64,000 nucleotides of DNA, taken from Candidatus Latescibacterota bacterium (GTDB taxonomy: Bacteria; Latescibacterota; UBA2968; UBA8231). The position numbers were made by a program, and so were the translations under genes. A model generated the notes under the pieces. The model saw only the letters and a program-made list of their open reading frames with translations, made no database searches and had not been told where the DNA came from. The stretch covers positions 2,048,001 to 2,112,000 of the forward strand of contig CBDCDC010000002.1 of assembly GCA_965215195.1 (NCBI GenBank), in the 5' to 3' direction. The first letter of the stretch is position 1. Every line of letters starts with the position of its first letter. Shown here piece by piece: positions 48,254 through 57,582 of this stretch.

Positions 48254-49592
48254 AGCCTGGTACTTCGCTCTTTTTGCTGTCCTCACCGCCAGCGGCTGTG
48301 GCGACCAGAGCTCACAGGAGCGGGCCGAAGCCGCATACGCCGAGGCCAAGCGTCTGGCCGAGACTGGCCGCTATCTCAAAGCCATCGCAGCTTGCCAGCA
48401 AGCCCTAGCAGTGGATCAGCAGCATCTCGAGGCACTCCTGCTTGCCGGTTCCATCCTCCAGAAGCAGGGCGATTTTGAGCTGGCTATTCGGCACATTGCC
48501 CAAGCCGTGCAACTCTATCCGGACCATGTCGAGGCCCGTATTGCGCTGGGCGATCTGTACATGCGAAAGCGCCACAACGACCTTTCTGCCTCGGCCTACG
48601 AGGAGGCGATTTCGCTGGCTCCCGACCGCATTTCTCCCTATCGCAAGCTCGCCATAGTCCTCAGCAATCAGGGCCGCTATGACGATGCGGTTGCAGCCTT
48701 GCTCAAGGCACTTCAGCTCGAACCGGAGAATGCCGCCACCCACTACAATCTGGGAGCAGTCTACGAGCAATTGGCCCACGCCGATTCGGCGATTGCGGCG
48801 TACGAGCAGACAGTGGCCCTCGATTCCTCTTATGTCGATGCACACTATCACCTCGGACAGATCTATACCAAGTTAGGGCACCTTGAAGAGGCCGAGGCGA
48901 GCTGCAGAGCCGTTCTCCGCCACGATCCGGGATACGCCAATGCTTATACCTTGCTGGGACAGGTGTTCCTCCAGCAAGGGCGGACCGCCGAAGCGGAAAC
49001 TGCCTTTAAGAAAGCTCTTGCCGCCGACCCCTTTGAAAAAGAAGCCTATCACCGGCTTGGGACGCTCTACCTCAGACAGGCAAGAACTGAGGAGGGCCAA
49101 AAGCTGCTGGCCGCTTTCCAGCGCCTGCGAAAAGCGAGCGATGATATCAACCGCTACCGATATATCCTGACGCTCTACCCGGAAGACGCAGATGCCCGCT
49201 ACAATCTCGGGGTGCTCTATGCCGGCCTAGGCCATTTCCCGGTGGCGGCGGCCGAGTACCAACAAACTCTGGCCATCAATCCCGCTGACCTGAGTGCCCG
49301 CAACAACCTAGCCAATATCTTTCTCCGGCAAGGGAAAATAGCCGCGGCGATCGGCCAATACGAGAAGATCCTAGAGCTCAATTCCCGCTATGTCCAAGCC
49401 TATTACAACCTCGGAAACGCCTACATGGCCCTGGGCGATGTGCAGCGGGCGACCCGGGCTTTCCACAAAACCATCAAAATAGAGCCCAATCACGCCGATG
49501 CGCACTACAGCTTGGGCATGATCTACCTCGGGCAAGACCGGAAGGCAGAAGGCGAGGCGGAACTGGAGATATACCGGCGTCTGACAGAGTAA
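48234..49592 (+). CDS. Tetratricopeptide repeat lipoprotein
   Basis: Lipobox ASG-C; about 11 TPRs (AHYNLG...A...Y..AL..xP). Confidence 0.92.
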   Translation: MQKPLSKAWYFALFAVLTASGCGDQSSQERAEAAYAEAKRLAETGRYLKAIAACQQALAVDQQHLEALLLAGSILQKQGDFELAIRHIAQAVQLYPDHVEARIALGDLYMRKRHNDLSASAYEEAISLAPDRISPYRKLAIVLSNQGRYDDAVAALLKALQLEPENAATHYNLGAVYEQLAHADSAIAAYEQTVALDSSYVDAHYHLGQIYTKLGHLEEAEASCRAVLRHDPGYANAYTLLGQVFLQQGRTAEAETAFKKALAADPFEKEAYHRLGTLYLRQARTEEGQKLLAAFQRLRKASDDINRYRYILTLYPEDADARYNLGVLYAGLGHFPVAAAEYQQTLAINPADLSARNNLANIFLRQGKIAAAIGQYEKILELNSRYVQAYYNLGNAYMALGDVQRATRAFHKTIKIEPNHADAHYSLGMIYLGQDRKAEGEAELEIYRRLTE

Positions 49593-49832
49593 TGCCACCG
49601 ACCTCTAAAGAAGTCGGCTTTACCCTCTCCCGCTCTTCCGCCGCGACTCGGTATTCAGCGAGCGAGAGGAGTATACGAGACGCATTACCACCGTACTGGC
49701 TGCTTGGCTTGGAAACCGTCGCCGTTTCCAAACGCCTCCTCGGTATCCGGCCGCAGCACCGTCAGGCGTGTAGATACCTACCAGAACGCGAACGCCAGCA
49801 GGACCAGAGGCAACAAGGTTGCGTGGACCCGG

Positions 49833-49937
49833 CCCGGAGTCGGTTGAACGCTCTGGGGTCTGAAGGTTGGGTGCTCAACCTAAAAAGGAAATACGAGCAA
49901 GTATTCACCCCGTCAACCTTTTTCAACCGACTCCGGG
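49833..49937. repeat. 105-bp element bounded by a perfect 16-bp inverted repeat
   Basis: CCCGGAGTCGGTTGAA (49833) / TTCAACCGACTCCGGG (49922); inner hairpin AGGTTG...CAACCT. Confidence 0.75.
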
Positions 49938-50068
49938 ACGGACCCCGCCGGGTGCGTTGCCCGCCCGTCGTCCGTTGAATCCTTATCCCTCTGACGTTTC
50001 AAAACGTCAGTATCCCAGGAGGTTTTTATGATATCAGAAGGTGCTAAAAATAAGCTCACGGGTTTTTT

Positions 50069-51748
50069 ATGGCGATAATGAAGTATGTGTTTTGTCTCGC
50101 AGCAGCGGTTGTTCTCCACCTGCCGGCAAAGGCCGAGGTCCAGTTCGCCGATGTCACTGCTGAGGCTGGGATTGCCTTTCGCCACCAGAATGGGGCGACA
50201 GGGGAAAAGCATCTCCCGGAGACGCAGGGTTCGGGAGTGGCTTTCTTTGATTACGACGCCGATGGCTGGCTCGACCTATACTTTGTCAACATCGCCGGGC
50301 CGGGGGGCCTTTACCGCAATCGAGGCGACGGGCACTTTGAGGAGATCGCGGCCACTGCCGGGGTGGCCGAATCGGGCCACGGGATGGGCTGTGCCGCGGC
50401 AGACTACGACCAGGACGGCGATCTCGACCTCTACATCACTTGCTACGGGCCCAATATCCTCTACCGCAACAATGGCGATGGGCGCTTTACCGATGTGACA
50501 AGCCGCTCGGGGGTGGGCCATCCGGGTTGGAGTGCAGGAGCGGCTTTTGCAGACTACGACCAAGACGGCGATCCCGACCTCTATGTGGCCAATTACGTGG
50601 AGTACCCGCCGGAGGTAAACCCGCCCTGCATTCAAGCCAAAGGGCTACAGGTCTACTGCGGACCCGAGGCCTTCGACCCACAGGCGGATGTCTTCTTCCG
50701 CAACGAGGGGGACCAAACCTTCGCAGACGTTAGCGATGCAGTCGGCTTGCTGCCCCGGGCGGCCAAGGAACTAGGAGCTTTTTTCAGCGACTACGACCAA
50801 GACGGCGACCTAGATCTTTACGCGGCCGGCGATCGCACGCCCAATCTGCTCTACCGCAATGACGGGGACCGCTTCGCCGAAGTCGGTGTCCTCGCCGGGG
50901 TTGCTTTTAACGACGCCGGCGAGGCACTAGCCGGAATGGGGGTCGATTCGGGAGACTACGACAACGATGGGCTCTTCGACTTCTTCGTGACCAACTATCA
51001 GTGGGAGACCAACAATCTCTACCGCAACTTAGGGAACGGGTTTTTCGCCGATACCACCTTCGAGTCGGGATTGGGCATGCCGAGCCTGAGATTCTTGGCT
51101 TGGGGAACGGTCTTCTTCGACTACGACAACGACGGCGATGGCGACCTCTTCGTGGCCAACGGTCACTTAGATGACAATGTGGAGCTATTCGACACTAGCG
51201 TGACCTATGCCCAGCAGAACCAACTTTTCAGGAACGACGGTCGGGGTAGATTCGCCGATGTGACTAATTCGGCGGGATCGGGCTTGGCGCTGGTGCAGGT
51301 GAGCCGCGGGGCAGCGGTCGGGGATTACGATGAAGATGGAGATCTGGATCTGGTCGTCTCCAATAATAACCAGCCGGCTGCGCTCCTACGCAACGACGGG
51401 GGGAACCAGAATCGCTGGCTGGCTATCAAACTTGTCGGGAATTATGCTCCTGCCTCCTCTGGTCCTTCACAGGGTCAGCTTCGGGGACCCTCCAGCAACC
51501 GGGACGGCATTGGGGCCTTGGTCAAAGTCGTGGCAGGTGGTCGCTTGCAGATCGACGAAGTCAGGAGTGGGTCGAGTTTTCTGTGTCAGGATGATCTGCG
51601 TCTCTATTTTGGTCTTGGTGCGGCAAAAAAAGCAGAGCTGGTGGAGGTGCGCTGGCCTAGCGGTATCGTCGAACAGCTCACGGACGTGGCGGCCAACCAA
51701 GTACTCACTCTGTACGAACCGGATACATCCGTGAAACCTAGGCCTTAA
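50069..51748 (+). CDS. CRTAC1 family protein (FG-GAP + ASPIC/UnbV)
   Basis: Signal peptide; FADVTAEAGI, repeated DYDxDGDxDL, SRGAAVGDYD, LYFGLG...VRWPSG. Confidence 0.93.
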   Translation: MAIMKYVFCLAAAVVLHLPAKAEVQFADVTAEAGIAFRHQNGATGEKHLPETQGSGVAFFDYDADGWLDLYFVNIAGPGGLYRNRGDGHFEEIAATAGVAESGHGMGCAAADYDQDGDLDLYITCYGPNILYRNNGDGRFTDVTSRSGVGHPGWSAGAAFADYDQDGDPDLYVANYVEYPPEVNPPCIQAKGLQVYCGPEAFDPQADVFFRNEGDQTFADVSDAVGLLPRAAKELGAFFSDYDQDGDLDLYAAGDRTPNLLYRNDGDRFAEVGVLAGVAFNDAGEALAGMGVDSGDYDNDGLFDFFVTNYQWETNNLYRNLGNGFFADTTFESGLGMPSLRFLAWGTVFFDYDNDGDGDLFVANGHLDDNVELFDTSVTYAQQNQLFRNDGRGRFADVTNSAGSGLALVQVSRGAAVGDYDEDGDLDLVVSNNNQPAALLRNDGGNQNRWLAIKLVGNYAPASSGPSQGQLRGPSSNRDGIGALVKVVAGGRLQIDEVRSGSSFLCQDDLRLYFGLGAAKKAELVEVRWPSGIVEQLTDVAANQVLTLYEPDTSVKPRP

Positions 51749-51760
51749 AAGCAGGAGTAG

Positions 51761-53125
51761 ATGGGCATGGTCCGGGTTTTGTCGATTGCGGTAGCCATTG
51801 CCGTGCTTGTTAGCTGCGGAGATAATGATGCCGGCCCGGTATCATCCATTAGAACCGCTGACTGCTCTGAAGTAGAGATACATTGGGAAGGGGACTTTTC
51901 GCTTGCCACTCCAGAAGATCTAAAGGCCCTAGCAGGCGATGGCAACAGTTGCTTTACTATTAGCGGCAAACTGATCATTGAGCGAACGACCCTGACCGGC
52001 TTGGAGGGCTTGCGCAACCTCTACAGTGTCGGCGGTTTGCGACTGCGCTCCAATCTAGCCCTGACCAGCCTAGAGGGCTTGCACGAGCTCACTCGCATCG
52101 AAGGGGATCTGGAAATCGTCAACAATCGAACGTTGACCAATGTGGATGGCTTGCACAAGCTCACCCGCATTGGGGGCAAGCTGGAAATTAGAGACAATGC
52201 GTCCCTGACCAGCCTGGAGGGCCTGCACAACCTCACCCGCATCGATGGAGACTTGGGGATCTTCGGCAATGAGCCTCTGGACTATGAGGAAAGAACGCGA
52301 AGACATGCTCACAGCCTAGGCGACGAGCAAGCAGCGCGCGAGTCCGCGGGAAGCATCTTCAGCGACGGTGAGGCCCTGTCCAACCTAGAGGGTCTGCACA
52401 ACCTGCAAAGCATTGGGGGATCGCTCAAGCTCGGCCTCCCTATTGTCGGCTATAACTTTGGTCTAACTACTCTGGAGGGCCTGCGCAGCCTGCAAAGCAT
52501 TGAGGGCGATCTGCACATCCAGCACAATTTTGCTCTGACCAGCCTCGAAGGTCTGCACAACGTGCAAAGCGTCGGCGGCGAACTGCATATCCTGCACAAC
52601 GACCTTCTGACCACTCTAAAGGGCTTGGACAACTTGCGAAGCATCGGAGACAACCTAAGTCTCTACCGCAATGTCTCTCTGACCAGCCTGAAAGGTTTGC
52701 ACAACGTGCAAAGCGTTGGAGATGAATTGATAATTCGCGACAATAGACTGCTGGCCAGCCTAGAGGGCCTGCGCAGCCTCCAGAGCGTCGGCCGGGCTCT
52801 GATGATCTGGGGCAGCGATGCCTTAAAGGACCTAAAGGGCTTGGACAAGCTCACTCGGATCGAGAATCTCCTGATCCACGAAAATAATTCTCTAGCCTGT
52901 CTCAAAGGTTTGGACAACCTGCAAAGCGTCGGAAATGTCCTACAGATAGACGGCAATAGGTCTTTGGCCAGCCTCGACGGTTTGGGCAACCTGCAAAGCG
53001 TCGGGGAACGCCTGTGGATTGAGGACAACCCCAACCTGCCAAGCGATCTGGTTCAAGAATTTGCCGCCAGAATGATTGAAGGTGGCTTTGGGGGCGAGAT
53101 TACTATTATGGGCAATCAGCCATAG
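51761..53125 (+). CDS. Receptor-L-domain/leucine-rich repeat lipoprotein
   Basis: Lipobox LVS-C; about 12 repeats of ~24 aa NxxLTSLEGLxNLxSIGGxLxI. Confidence 0.88.
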   Translation: MGMVRVLSIAVAIAVLVSCGDNDAGPVSSIRTADCSEVEIHWEGDFSLATPEDLKALAGDGNSCFTISGKLIIERTTLTGLEGLRNLYSVGGLRLRSNLALTSLEGLHELTRIEGDLEIVNNRTLTNVDGLHKLTRIGGKLEIRDNASLTSLEGLHNLTRIDGDLGIFGNEPLDYEERTRRHAHSLGDEQAARESAGSIFSDGEALSNLEGLHNLQSIGGSLKLGLPIVGYNFGLTTLEGLRSLQSIEGDLHIQHNFALTSLEGLHNVQSVGGELHILHNDLLTTLKGLDNLRSIGDNLSLYRNVSLTSLKGLHNVQSVGDELIIRDNRLLASLEGLRSLQSVGRALMIWGSDALKDLKGLDKLTRIENLLIHENNSLACLKGLDNLQSVGNVLQIDGNRSLASLDGLGNLQSVGERLWIEDNPNLPSDLVQEFAARMIEGGFGGEITIMGNQP

Positions 53126-53289
53126 TGGAAGCCCGCTGCCAGATGCACCTCTCGTCCTGTATTCTAGGTCGCCAGCGATGATGCGGCGGAAATAGGCACC
53201 GGCATTGCGCAGGGAAACTATTATACAGGAGGCTTCATGCGACAAGTAAAATTTGGGTAGTATCCCTACCGAGCGCGTAAAGGGCGATA

Positions 53290-53350
53290 ACTAAAAAAAT
53301 CTTGACTTCTTTAAACATTATTATTTAACTAGCCCTCAATGATTTATAAT
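53290..53350 (+). promoter_or_regulatory. AT-rich putative sigma70 promoter region
   Basis: TTGACT at 53302 and TATAAT at 53345 in a very AT-rich tract; box pairing ambiguous. Confidence 0.35.
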
Positions 53351-53460
53351 GAAGGAGGTAAAGCTCCCTCGCGTAGCGTCCAGTTTTCCATTCCTTCCTA
53401 ATCCCTGAATTGTACTCATAAATGTGCAACTGGGAGACCCTCTATTAGGGGAGATCTAAA

Positions 53461-54417
53461 ATGAAAAAATCTATTCTTTTGCTTTTGCCGTGTGCTTTGG
53501 CTCTGGCTCTTAGCGGGCCAGCTTTGGCACACACGGGCTTAGAGTTTTTTCTCCAAGAAGTGCCCGATCCTGACGCCATGACCATGGACGGCGATGACAG
53601 CGACTGGGGCTGGTTCGACAACGATCTCGCCTTGGACAGCAATTTGGATTTTTATGTGACATCAGGCGAAGTTGCTAACCCAGAGGATTATTCTGCCACT
53701 TGGCGGATAGCCTATTCTCGTCCACCCGACAACCGGCTCTACTTCTTTCTCCGGATTCAGGACGACTCCTTACGGCGGCAGGAGCCAGACTTGAAACGCA
53801 TGTGGCACGATGATTTCACCCAGTTCAACCTCGACAACGACCACTCGGGCGGTCCCGGCTTGGGGGCCAACTTGGACGAGGCGAGCAACCACCAGCGCTA
53901 TCATCTGCGCATATTGCCGGGTCCAGATGGAGTAGCGGCCTTCAACAGCCAGATCGAGGTGCTCGGCGACGAGAACTTGAGCTGGAATCAGGATGTAGAC
54001 CTTTTTGGCAACGCCACGGACGTATGGGATCTTGCCTGGACGGTTACCCCGCCGGATGCCCAGCACGGCACTCTGGATATAGAAGTCACTTGGGAAGCCC
54101 GGCTCAAAACCTACGATGCCGTTGGCCTGAGCGAGGCGGAGAGCGTACGGCACGTGTATGAGGCTGGTCAGGTCACCCACCTTGGGCCGCGGCTCACCGA
54201 TAACGACGGCAGCCTATTTCAGTACGATTTTTATCTGCAGGATAGATTTACCGGTGTTCAAAACCCGGCCCAATATGGCACAGAGGGGGATCAGTTTCCC
54301 GACTGGTTTTTGATAGGATGCGAAGACTGCCCCAATGCCGGAGGATCAGGAGCAACCGCAGTGGAGAGTTCCTCTTGGGGCCGGATCAAAAGTCATCTGA
54401 GCAATCAGTTGCGCTGA
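53461..54417 (+). CDS. Secreted CBM9/DOMON-like protein with AVESSSWGRIK tail, copy 1
   Basis: Signal peptide ending ALA; MTMDGDDSDW motif; C-terminal ATAVESSSWGRIKS. Confidence 0.7.
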   Translation: MKKSILLLLPCALALALSGPALAHTGLEFFLQEVPDPDAMTMDGDDSDWGWFDNDLALDSNLDFYVTSGEVANPEDYSATWRIAYSRPPDNRLYFFLRIQDDSLRRQEPDLKRMWHDDFTQFNLDNDHSGGPGLGANLDEASNHQRYHLRILPGPDGVAAFNSQIEVLGDENLSWNQDVDLFGNATDVWDLAWTVTPPDAQHGTLDIEVTWEARLKTYDAVGLSEAESVRHVYEAGQVTHLGPRLTDNDGSLFQYDFYLQDRFTGVQNPAQYGTEGDQFPDWFLIGCEDCPNAGGSGATAVESSSWGRIKSHLSNQLR

Positions 54418-54525
54418 GTACTTTTTATGCTAATTTTTTCAGTAAACCCACCTTGGGCGATCCGACCCAAGCCCATGTCGGCACATAGGTGCAGACTGGG
54501 AAACCATCCAATAGGAGAGGAGAAC

Positions 54526-55482
54526 ATGAAAAGATTCACAATTTTGCCTTTGGCATGCGCGTTAGCTCTAACTTTTAGCGGGCCGGCTTTGGCACACACG
54601 GGCCTAGAGTTTTTCCTGCAAGAAGTGCCCGATCCTGACGCCATGACCATGGACGGCGATGACAGCGACTGGGGCTGGTTCGACAACGATCTCGCCTTGG
54701 ACAGCGCTTTGGATTTTCACGAGAGAAATGACAACGCCCTCGAGCCAGACGATTATGCTGCTACTCTCCGGCTGGCCTATTCTCGTTCGCCAGACAACCG
54801 GCTCTACTTCTTTTTCCGGATTCAGGACGATTCCCTGCGGCGGCAGGAGCCAGACTTGAAACGCATGTGGCACGATGATTTCACCCAGTTCAACCTCGAC
54901 AACGACCACTCGGGCGGTCCCGGCTTGGGGGCCAACTTGGACGAGGCGAGCAACCACCAGCGCTACCATATGCGCATATTGCCGGGTCCAGATGGAGTAG
55001 CGGCCTTCAACAGCCAGATCGAGGTGCTCGGCGACGAGAACTTGAGCTGGAATCAGGATGTAGATCTTTTTGGCAACGCCACGGACGTATGGGATCTCGC
55101 CTGGACGGTTACCCCGTCGGATGCCCAGCACGGCACTTTGGATATAGAAGTCACTTGGGAAGCCCGGCTCAAAACCTATGACGCCGTTGGCCTAAGCGAG
55201 GCGGAGAGCGTAAGGCACGTGTATGAGGCTGGTCAGGTCACCCACATTGGGCCGCGGCTCGTCGATAGCGACGGCAGCTTGTATCAGCACGATATGTGGC
55301 TGAAGGATAGATTTACCGGAGCTGAAAACCCGCTCACATATGACACACAGGGGGATGGGTTTCCCGACTGGATTTTGCTGGAATGCGAAAACTGCCCCAA
55401 TGCCGGAGGATCAGGAGCAACCGCGGTGGAGAGTTCCTCTTGGGGCCGGATCAAAAGTCATCTGAGCAATCAGTTGCGCTGA
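54526..55482 (+). CDS. Secreted CBM9/DOMON-like protein with AVESSSWGRIK tail, copy 2 (tandem duplicate)
   Basis: Same 957-nt length, offset 1065 bp, long identical blocks; GAGGAG RBS before ATG 54526. Confidence 0.72.
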   Translation: MKRFTILPLACALALTFSGPALAHTGLEFFLQEVPDPDAMTMDGDDSDWGWFDNDLALDSALDFHERNDNALEPDDYAATLRLAYSRSPDNRLYFFFRIQDDSLRRQEPDLKRMWHDDFTQFNLDNDHSGGPGLGANLDEASNHQRYHMRILPGPDGVAAFNSQIEVLGDENLSWNQDVDLFGNATDVWDLAWTVTPSDAQHGTLDIEVTWEARLKTYDAVGLSEAESVRHVYEAGQVTHIGPRLVDSDGSLYQHDMWLKDRFTGAENPLTYDTQGDGFPDWILLECENCPNAGGSGATAVESSSWGRIKSHLSNQLR

Positions 55483-55524
55483 GTACTTTTTATCTGATTT
55501 TTTCATTCTGACGCTGATCGTCGG

Positions 55525-55557
55525 ACATTGGGCAGAGAGTTTCTCTCTGCCCAATGT
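55525..55557. terminator. 15-bp perfect hairpin between convergent genes, probable terminator
   Basis: ACATTGGGCAGAGAG-TTT-CTCTCTGCCCAATGT. Confidence 0.65.
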
Positions 55558-55702
55558 TGGTTCTACCCCCCGTATCCCGCACGACGAACCGCAAAAGCCC
55601 CTTAGCAGCAGTGAGAAGATCCTGTTTTTCGCGCCAAGGTGCCGCCCCGTTAGGTGATCCGCGGGAGCGGTACGCGCAATTCAGCTTTCATCTGTGAACA
55701 AA

Positions 55703-56701
55703 TTACGAATCGCGGGCACAGGCTGGTCGGCGGCGGAGCAAGCCTTGCGCCCAGCACCAGTTGATCGTCCGCGTCAACCCTTCCTCTGGGTCCGTGTAGG
55801 TTAGGCCCAACTCAGCGGTGGCACGGCTTCCGTCGGCGCGGAAGCCGTGTGCGGCGAGGCGGTAGGTTTCCCAAGACAGGACCGGCGGTCTGCGGGTCAG
55901 GCGCGAAAGAGCCTCACCGCCGAGCGCGTAGGGTGCGGCCAGCGGAGCGGGAATGGTCGGCGGCGACCAGTGCCCGGCCAACCCACAGACCAGCCGGCCG
56001 AGTTCGGTCAATTTGCCGACTGTGCCCGCGAGTATATAGCACTCCCCGACCCGACCATTTTCAGCCGCCAGCACGTGCCCCCGAGCCGCGTCGTCAATGT
56101 ACACCAAGCTCACCCAGCCGGGAAAGAGCGCGGGGACCCGACCGTTGAGCAGGCTAAGGATAAAGCGCCCGGTGGGCTTGCGGTCGCCCGGGCCGTAGAT
56201 GGCAGCGGGCTGGACGCAGATGAGCGGCACTCCCTTTTCCACATAAGTGAACGCCACCTGCTCGGCTGCGCGTTTGGCCTTTTCATAACTTGAAAGGAAG
56301 TAGCCGCGATGGACCGTTGTCTCGGTGGCGACGTGGCCTTTGGCCTCGCCAATGCAGACGGCTGTGCTGGTATAGACGACCTTGGCGACGCCGACTGCCA
56401 ACGCCGCCGCCATGGCGTTGCGAGTACCCTCGGTTTCAGTGGCCAAGAGTTCGGCCTCGTCCAACCCCCACAAGTCGTAGAGAGCCGCGGCGTGGAAGAG
56501 GGTATCGCACCCTTCAAGCGCGGCTTCAATGCTCGCACGGACGAGGATGTCGCCGCGGACGATTTCCACGCCTAGGGCCTCCAGCACCTCAGTCTGGCTG
56601 GTGGGCCGCGCCAGCACCCGGACTTGTGCGCCGCCAGCGACGAGGGTATGCACCAAGGCTCCGCCGACAAAGCCGGTGCCGCCAGTTACCAACGCCCGCA
56701 T
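55703..56701 (-). CDS. NAD-dependent epimerase/dehydratase (extended SDR, HpnA/DFR-like)
   Basis: VTGGTGFVG, FHAAALY, YEKAK, IYGPGD.KPTG. Confidence 0.9.
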   Translation of the reverse strand: MRALVTGGTGFVGGALVHTLVAGGAQVRVLARPTSQTEVLEALGVEIVRGDILVRASIEAALEGCDTLFHAAALYDLWGLDEAELLATETEGTRNAMAAALAVGVAKVVYTSTAVCIGEAKGHVATETTVHRGYFLSSYEKAKRAAEQVAFTYVEKGVPLICVQPAAIYGPGDRKPTGRFILSLLNGRVPALFPGWVSLVYIDDAARGHVLAAENGRVGECYILAGTVGKLTELGRLVCGLAGHWSPPTIPAPLAAPYALGGEALSRLTRRPPVLSWETYRLAAHGFRADGSRATAELGLTYTDPEEGLTRTINWCWAQGLLRRRPACARDS

Positions 56702-57543
56702 CAGGCGGCGGCTTCGGCACCTAAATGTTGGCGTAAAAAGACGCGCAGTGGCACGTCTTCATTCGTGGGCGAGGTGTACCCGTAGCCGCCGCTAGGCGCA
56801 TACCCTAGCAGCTGGCGGCGGATCGGATCACAGCGCTCAAAAAGGTGTTCAACGGTCTGGTCGTCGCGGGGGCGGAGCCAGCGATACGAGTACCCGTAGA
56901 AGAGCACCTTGCGGGCAATAGCCGAGGCATTGGAACTGGCCGAGTGCCAGATCCGGCGGTCGAAGAGCACCGCACCGCCCTGCGGCACCAGCACTGGGAC
57001 GGCGTTGCGGGGCAAAGTGCCGTCGTCGGGAATAGCATACGCATCCAGCAAATGACTGCCGGGCACGACCCAGAAATTGGCGCGACCTGCTGCCGAACAG
57101 TCGCTGAGAAAGTAGCCCATCTTGACCGAAATCCGCGGCCGGGGGCTGGACTCAATCTCGTGGTTGACGCGGTCCGAGTCTTGGTGCCAGCCCTGCATCT
57201 CGACTTGGCGGTTGTGAGGCTCGGCGGGCGGGCTGTAGGCGAGGACGGTGTGGTAAATCTGGATATTCCAGCCGAGTGTTCCCCAGACCTTGGGCAGTGC
57301 GCGAGGCCAATCGACCAAGTCTAGGTAGCGCTCGTCGCGTCCAATCATGTCGCGAACGGTCAGACGGGCGTGGGGGCCGACGCCGCGCTTTTGGCGCTCG
57401 TCGGCGTCAACTTGGTCGGAGACTTCCACGAGTGCGTCAACCACGTCGGGAGGCAGGATCTCGTCAAAGACGAGGTAGCCGCGCTGGGTGAACTCTAGGC
57501 GTTCAGCCTCGGTCAACATGTATTGCAAGCAAGAAGAATCCAT
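56701..57543 (-). CDS. PhyH family dioxygenase
   Basis: GWHQD, VVPGSH, FDRRIWHSAS.N...RK. Confidence 0.9.
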   Translation of the reverse strand: MDSSCLQYMLTEAERLEFTQRGYLVFDEILPPDVVDALVEVSDQVDADERQKRGVGPHARLTVRDMIGRDERYLDLVDWPRALPKVWGTLGWNIQIYHTVLAYSPPAEPHNRQVEMQGWHQDSDRVNHEIESSPRPRISVKMGYFLSDCSAAGRANFWVVPGSHLLDAYAIPDDGTLPRNAVPVLVPQGGAVLFDRRIWHSASSNASAIARKVLFYGYSYRWLRPRDDQTVEHLFERCDPIRRQLLGYAPSGGYGYTSPTNEDVPLRVFLRQHLGAEAAA

Positions 57544-57582
57544 GGAAGCCCCCAGCCAAGCGGCGAGCTATTGGGCCGCAAA

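Noticed and set aside
49592-49978. 128-aa ORF after the TPR gene
   Set aside because: No recognisable motif; runs across an inverted-repeat element
53461-55482. Diversity-generating retroelement TR/VR pair
   Set aside because: Differences are not adenine-specific, both copies are full genes, and no reverse transcriptase is present
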